A stretch of 57,684 nt of DNA, from positions 1-57,684 of the forward strand of contig JAGWBE010000001.1 in assembly GCA_021296055.1 (NCBI GenBank). Direction: 5' to 3'. Both the position numbers and the translations under genes were made by a program. Shown here in pieces: positions 53,582 to 57,684 of the stretch (the stretch's first letter is position 1; every line of letters starts with the position of its first letter). The notes below the pieces were generated by a model, which saw only the letters and a list, made by a program, of their open reading frames with translations, did no database searches and was not told the origin of the DNA. The stretch is from Dehalococcoidia bacterium. GTDB lineage: Bacteria > Chloroflexota > Dehalococcoidia > Lucifugimonadales > Australimonadaceae.

Positions 53582-54766
53582 TCAGCCGGCGCGATAGGCG
53601 TCTATGAGCACTTGGGCGACCTCGGGGCGAGTGAACTCGTCGGGAGGGACTTGGCCCTTGGCGAGCATCTCGCGCACCTGCGTGCCGCTGAGGGAGACGC
53701 GCGCCTCCGGCGGGTGCGGGCAGGTCTTGGAAGTGGCCATGGCGCCGCAGCGCCCGCAGTAGAAGGAGTTCTCGAAGAAGAGAGGCGTTACGCCCAGTTC
53801 GCCGTTGGGGAAGGCGCTGAAGATGCGCTGCGCGTCGTAGGTGCCGTAGTAGGAGCCGACGCCGGCGTGGTCGCGCCCAACGATGAAGTGGGAGCAGCCG
53901 TAGTTCTTGCGAACGATGGCGTGGAAGATGGCCTCGCGCGGTCCCGCATAGCGCATAAAGGCGGGGAAGACGCTGAGCAGCACGCGGTCGGCGGGGTAGT
54001 AGCCCTCCAGCAGCGCCTGGTAGCAGCGCATCCGCACGTCGGCGGGGATGTCGTCCGCCTTGGTCGCCCCCACTAGCGGATGGAGCAGCAGGCCGTCGGC
54101 GGTCTCCAACGCCGTCTTCTGGATGTACTCGTGCGCGCGATGGACGGGGTTGCGCGTCTGGAAGCCGACCACCGTGCGCCACCCGCGCTCGGCCAACGCC
54201 TCACGCACCTCGGCCGGGCGGCGGTAGTGGGCGTGCGCCGCCGGGTCGATGGGCGGCATGCCTGCCAGCATCGTCACCGGGCCGCCCAGCAGCATGCCGC
54301 CCTGCGCGTAGAGGCCCGCGACGCCGGGGTGCGCTTCGTCCGTCGTGCCGTAGACCAACTGCGCCTCGCGTCGCTTGTCGTAGGCGAACCGCTCCTCGAC
54401 GGCGATGATTCCAAGCAGCGCTCCGTCCGCGTCGCGCAGCGCAACCTCCGCGCCGTCGGGCAGCGCGTCCGCCTGCTCCTCGTTCACGCTGAGGGTTACG
54501 GGCAGCGGCCATGGGAGGCCGTCCGCCAGGCGCATCTCCTCGACGACGTGCAGATAGTCGGCACGCCCCATGAAGCCCTCGATGGGGCTGAATGCACCCT
54601 GGGCAATCATGTGCGCGTCGGAGACCTCGCGCTCGCTGAGGACGACGGAGGGGAGCGACGGCGCGCGGCGGCGCAGGTCGTCCGCCTCGGCAGCGCCGAG
54701 GTAGCGGTCGACGAGAACGCCGCCGTGGGGAGCGATAAGGGCGTCGGATGCGGGAGCGATGGTCAT
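53582..54766 (-). CDS. sat: Sulfate adenylyltransferase (ATP sulfurylase)
   Basis: 'VGFQTRNPVHRAHEYIQ', 'FIVGRDHAGVG'. 394 aa. Confidence 0.9.
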   Translation of the reverse strand: MTIAPASDALIAPHGGVLVDRYLGAAEADDLRRRAPSLPSVVLSEREVSDAHMIAQGAFSPIEGFMGRADYLHVVEEMRLADGLPWPLPVTLSVNEEQADALPDGAEVALRDADGALLGIIAVEERFAYDKRREAQLVYGTTDEAHPGVAGLYAQGGMLLGGPVTMLAGMPPIDPAAHAHYRRPAEVREALAERGWRTVVGFQTRNPVHRAHEYIQKTALETADGLLLHPLVGATKADDIPADVRMRCYQALLEGYYPADRVLLSVFPAFMRYAGPREAIFHAIVRKNYGCSHFIVGRDHAGVGSYYGTYDAQRIFSAFPNGELGVTPLFFENSFYCGRCGAMATSKTCPHPPEARVSLSGTQVREMLAKGQVPPDEFTRPEVAQVLIDAYRAG

Positions 54767-54802
54767 AGGCGCCTCGGTTCGTACAAGATGGGTTGCGGCG
54801 GA

Positions 54803-55360
54803 CTAGGCGGCGGCGGGGACGCGAACGTAGCCCAACTCGTCCAGCTTGGCGAGCACTTTGGCCACGCTCTCCTCGACCGCTTCCTGCTCCGTGTCGAGCA
54901 GCACGTCGGGCTCGTGCGGCGCCTCATAGGGGTCGGAGACACCTGTGAAGTTGGCGATCTCGCCGCGTATGGCCTTCTCGTACAAGCCCTTCACGTCGCG
55001 CCGCACCAACTCGTCAAGGGAGGCGTGGACGTGCACCTCGATGAAGTCGCCGATGGTCTCGCGCACTTCGTCGCGGATCTCGCGGTAGGGAGAGATGGCG
55101 GCGACGATGACGGCCACACCGTTGCGCGTGAGCAGGTTGCTGACGAACCCGATGCGGCGGATGTTCGTGTCGCGGTCCTCCTTGCTGAAGCCGAGGCCCT
55201 TGGAGAGGTTGGTGCGCACGACGTCGCCGTCCAGCACCTCGACCTTGCGGCCCAGCTCGCGCAGAGCGGGGGCGAGGCGGTCGGCCACGGTCGTCTTGCC
55301 CGCGCCGGAGAGTCCCGTCAGCCAGATGGTTACGCCGCGTTCGGCGTTGGCGATGCTCAT
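54803..55360 (-). CDS. cysC: Adenylylsulfate kinase
   Basis: '[15 protein letters not shown]', '[31 protein letters not shown]'. 185 aa. I chose the ATG at 55360. Confidence 0.95.
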   Translation of the reverse strand: MSIANAERGVTIWLTGLSGAGKTTVADRLAPALRELGRKVEVLDGDVVRTNLSKGLGFSKEDRDTNIRRIGFVSNLLTRNGVAVIVAAISPYREIRDEVRETIGDFIEVHVHASLDELVRRDVKGLYEKAIRGEIANFTGVSDPYEAPHEPDVLLDTEQEAVEESVAKVLAKLDELGYVRVPAAA

Positions 55361-55370
55361 ATCGTTGTGC

Positions 55371-56123
55371 TCATCCTTTCGCGGCGGCGGGCGTCTCGCG
55401 CCCGGCCATAGTGTCTGCGTGCAGGCCGCACTCCTCTTTGCCCTGCCCCGTCCATCTGCCCGCGCGGAGGTCTTCGCCGGGGCGCACGGGGCGCGTGCAG
55501 TGAGTGCAGCCGAGGCTGGGATAGCCTTGGTCGTGGAGCGGGTTGTAGGGCACGCCGTTCGCGCGGACGTAGGCCCACACGTCCGCCTCCGTCCACGCCG
55601 CCATCGGGTTGACTTTGACCAGGCCGAACTTGGCGTCCCACTCGACGGCGGCGACGGCGGCGCGGGACTTGGCCTGGTCGCGGCGCAGTCCCGACACCCA
55701 CGCCTGCTTGCCTTCGAGGGCGCGCCCGTTGGGCTCCACCTTGCGCAGTTGGCAGCACAGGTCCGGGTCGCGCCGCCACAGCGCGGGGCCAAACTCCGCC
55801 GCCTGCTGCTCCGGCGTCCAGCGCGGCGCGTAGGCGCGCACGCGCAGGCCGTAGCGCTCGGACGCCGTTCGCACCAGTTCGTAGGTCTCAGGGAAGAGGA
55901 AGGCGGTGTCGAGGTAGAACACCTCGACGCCGGGGGCGACGCGTGAGGCCATGTCCAGCAGCGCCATGCCGGTGGCGCCGCCGAAGGAGCAGGCCAGCGT
56001 CAGTCCCTCGCCGTAGCGGGCGTAGGCCCATGCCAGCGCCTCTTGCGGCGGCGCGCCGTCGAGCCGTGCCGCCTCGCGCGCCACCTCCTCGGCGGTCTGC
56101 GGGTCGGGCGCGATGCGGTTCAA
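55371..56123 (-). CDS. cysH: Assimilatory APS/PAPS reductase (CysH; Fe-S type with CC...CxxC)
   Basis: 'LACSFGG', 'DLCCQLRKV', 'SLGCTHCT', 'KEECGLH'. TTG start. Confidence 0.9.
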   Translation of the reverse strand: MNRIAPDPQTAEEVAREAARLDGAPPQEALAWAYARYGEGLTLACSFGGATGMALLDMASRVAPGVEVFYLDTAFLFPETYELVRTASERYGLRVRAYAPRWTPEQQAAEFGPALWRRDPDLCCQLRKVEPNGRALEGKQAWVSGLRRDQAKSRAAVAAVEWDAKFGLVKVNPMAAWTEADVWAYVRANGVPYNPLHDQGYPSLGCTHCTRPVRPGEDLRAGRWTGQGKEECGLHADTMAGRETPAAAKG

Positions 56124-56133
56124 GCGCCGCGCC

Positions 56134-56247
56134 CTACTTCGCCGACCAGGACGGCCAGTGGTGCTTGCCGAGCCACGACGGCCCGGCGTCGATGGCCTCG
56201 AGGCCGCCGGGGAGGTTCTCCCGCAGCCAGTCCCTGGCTTGGATCAT
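56134..56247 (-). CDS. Candidate 37-aa micro-protein leading the cys operon
   Basis: MIQARDWLRENLPGGLEAIDAGPSWLGKHHWPSWSAK. An AAGGAG Shine-Dalgarno lies 9 nt upstream of the ATG at 56247. The stop is 10 nt before the cysH start. No family recognised. Confidence 0.4.
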   Translation of the reverse strand: MIQARDWLRENLPGGLEAIDAGPSWLGKHHWPSWSAK

Positions 56248-56271
56248 ATGCAGTAGCTCCTTGTGCGCGGT

Positions 56272-56311
56272 CAAAAGAAGAGGCCCCTCGCAGTCTCTGC
56301 TGGAGGGGCCT
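56272..56311 (-). terminator. Intrinsic-terminator-like hairpin in the 5' leader of the cys operon
   Basis: The minus strand reads AGGCCCCTC-CAGCAGAGACTGC-GAGGGGCCT followed by CTTCTTTTG. The 9-bp GC stem (56281..56289 pairs with 56303..56311) has an inner GCAG/CTGC extension. It ends about 25 nt upstream of the micro-ORF Shine-Dalgarno. Confidence 0.5.
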
Positions 56312-56499
56312 TTGCCTGTGTCTTGCGTGGTGTTGAGTGCGGCGGCGTCAGGCGCGCGCTGCGGCAAGAGAGGGCGGAGCCTCCTCCGTGCGACAGCAAC
56401 ACATACAGAAGCAGGTGTGGCGCATGACAAGGAGGATGCTAGCGGCGCGCGAGCGGCGTGTCAATAGGCGGACGGCGTTCATCTTGGCCCCTCCCTCCA

Positions 56500-56527
56500 T
56501 AGGGGCAGGTTTGAAGCCAGTCCTTAC
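56500..56527. repeat. REP-like palindrome, copy 5 (degenerate, opposite orientation)
   Basis: ataggggcaggtttgaagccagtccttac, followed by aacgcaacgcg. The reverse complement of that flank, cgcgttgcgtt, matches the 5' flank of copies 2 and 3. Confidence 0.55.
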
Positions 56528-56630
56528 AACGCAACGCGGTAGAGGGCGCGAGGGCGGCCAGCCGGTCCCCTCTACAGGGAGCCCCAGGCCTCCCGCCCTC
56601 TCCTTCCCGCTGTGCTACCCTCCGCGCCGT

Positions 56631-57684
56631 ATGGAAGCCTATCGCGGCATCGACCTGCTCGACATCGAGTCCGATCTGACGGACGAGGAGCGTCAGGTGC
56701 GCGACGCCGTCCGCGAGTTCGTGGAGCGCGAGGCGCTGCCGCTGATTCCGCAGCACTTCCGCGAGGGGACGTTCCCACCGGAGTTGGCCGCGCGGATGGC
56801 GGAGCTGGGCCTGTTCGGGGCGCACATCGAGGGCTACGGCTGCGCCGGCCTCGGCCCCGTCGCCTACGGCATGGCGATGCGCGAACTGGAGCGCGGCGAC
56901 TCGGCGCTGCGCTCCTTCTGCTCCGTCCAGTCGTCCTTGGCGATGACCGCCGTGTGGCTCCACGGCTCGGAGGAGCAGCGCCAACGCTGGCTGCCGCGGA
57001 TGGCGGCGGGCGAGGCGATCGGCGCGTTCGCCCTCACGGAGGCAGAGCACGGCAGCGACCCGTCACGGATGGAGACGCGGGCGGAGCGCACGGCGTCGGG
57101 CTGGCGCCTCAGCGGCGGCAAGTTCTGGATCACCAACGCCTCCATCGCGGCGCTGATGGTCGTGTGGGCAGCCACTGCCGACGGTATACGCGGGTTCATC
57201 GTCGAGGGCGGCCTGCCCGGCGTGAGCGTCGAGCCTATCCACAACAAGTTGTCGCTGCGGATGAGCCTGACGGGCGCGGTGGGGTTCGACGGCGTGGAAC
57301 TGGCGGAGGACGCACTGCTGCCGGGCACGAAGGGGCTAGTGTCGGCATTGGAGTGCCTGAACCACGCCCGTTTGGGCATCGCGTGGGGCGTAACGGGCGC
57401 GGCGGCGGCCTGCCTGCACGAGACGCTGGAGTACGCCAAAGGGCGCGTGCAGTTCTCGCGCCCCATAGCGGCCTACCAGTTGGTGCAAGCGAAGCTGGCC
57501 GACATGCACACGCAGTTGGCCGCGGCGCAGTTGCTGGCGCTCCAAGCCTCCAGGAACAAGGCGGCGGGGCGCCTCCACTACAGCCACATCAGCGCGGCCA
57601 AGCATCACAACGCGCAGACGGCGCTCGACATCGCCCGAACCTGCCGCGACCTGCTGGGCGGCGCGGGCGTGCTGGACGACTTCG
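56631..57684 (+). CDS. gcdH: Acyl-CoA dehydrogenase, glutaryl-CoA-dehydrogenase-like. Only the 5' part is present; the gene runs off the right edge.
   Basis: Absent from the ORF track because there is no stop in the window. Translation from the ATG at 56631 gives MEAYRGIDLLDIESDLTDEERQVRDAVREFVEREALPLIPQHFREGTFPPELAARMAELGLFGAHIEGYGCAGL...SVQSSLAMTAVWLHGSEEQRQRWLPRMAAGEAIGAFALTEAEHGSDPS... Confidence 0.85.
   Translation, partial: MEAYRGIDLLDIESDLTDEERQVRDAVREFVEREALPLIPQHFREGTFPPELAARMAELGLFGAHIEGYGCAGLGPVAYGMAMRELERGDSALRSFCSVQSSLAMTAVWLHGSEEQRQRWLPRMAAGEAIGAFALTEAEHGSDPSRMETRAERTASGWRLSGGKFWITNASIAALMVVWAATADGIRGFIVEGGLPGVSVEPIHNKLSLRMSLTGAVGFDGVELAEDALLPGTKGLVSALECLNHARLGIAWGVTGAAAACLHETLEYAKGRVQFSRPIAAYQLVQAKLADMHTQLAAAQLLALQASRNKAAGRLHYSHISAAKHHNAQTALDIARTCRDLLGGAGVLDDF

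Noticed and set aside
56250-56440. A SAM-I (S-box) riboswitch upstream of the cys operon
   Set aside because: The leader lacks the conserved SAM-I core blocks (GAGGGA, GCAACC, GGUGC..AA). I retained only the terminator-like hairpin, as a generic attenuator candidate.
12925-56527. The possibility that the recurring palindromes represent a CRISPR array
   Set aside because: The copies are single and kilobases apart, each in a different intergenic region. There are no regularly spaced repeat-spacer units and no cas genes. They are REP-like dispersed repeats.

Overview
This is a high-GC bacterial chromosomal segment. Hand-sampled lines give about 70-75% GC in core genes. It is densely coding, mostly housekeeping, and packed into tight operons. 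From left to right the window holds:
- a low-GC three-gene cassette (HerA-like ATPase, NurA-like nuclease, DNA methyltransferase, cut by the window edge) directly behind dnaN;
- a c-type cytochrome, tRNA-Arg(UCU) and a crotonase;
- two amino-acid ABC importers (aapJQMP-like and livGFHM plus a binding protein), separated by a repeat-mosaic spacer;
- MFS transporters;
- a D-glutamate-cyclase-like / racemase pair;
- a seven-gene operon: tsaC, a polyprenyl-synthase-like gene, pgk, apgM, a DUF1445 gene, tpiA and miaA;
- guaA-purD;
- an LLM oxidoreductase coupled to a fused TRAP permease;
- an orphan Phd antitoxin;
- purE-purB-purC-(DUF3105)-purS followed by a low-GC RlmJ-like gene;
- hisZ-like-hisG-hisD-hisC-hisB, birA and tRNA-Gly(UCC);
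- a sulfate-assimilation operon (micro-ORF, cysH, cysC, sat) with a terminator-like leader hairpin;
- the 5' part of a glutaryl-CoA-dehydrogenase-like gene.

No CRISPR array, transposase, integrase or rRNA is visible. Intergenic DNA carries at least three dispersed repeat families: a 29-bp REP-like palindrome, a CCCTTCGA..CCTCAGGGCGAACGG module, and a ~135-bp MITE-like element with inverted termini. Many long ORFs in the track are antisense or out-of-frame high-GC artefacts, or read-through fusions of adjacent genes, and I split or rejected them. The best candidate for an undescribed system is the ATGA-coupled HerA-NurA-methyltransferase cassette at 1..3793. The gene content (archaeal-type ApgM, LLM enzyme, TAXI-type TRAP permease, repeat style) suggests a Chloroflexota/Thermomicrobia-like organism, but that is only an inference.
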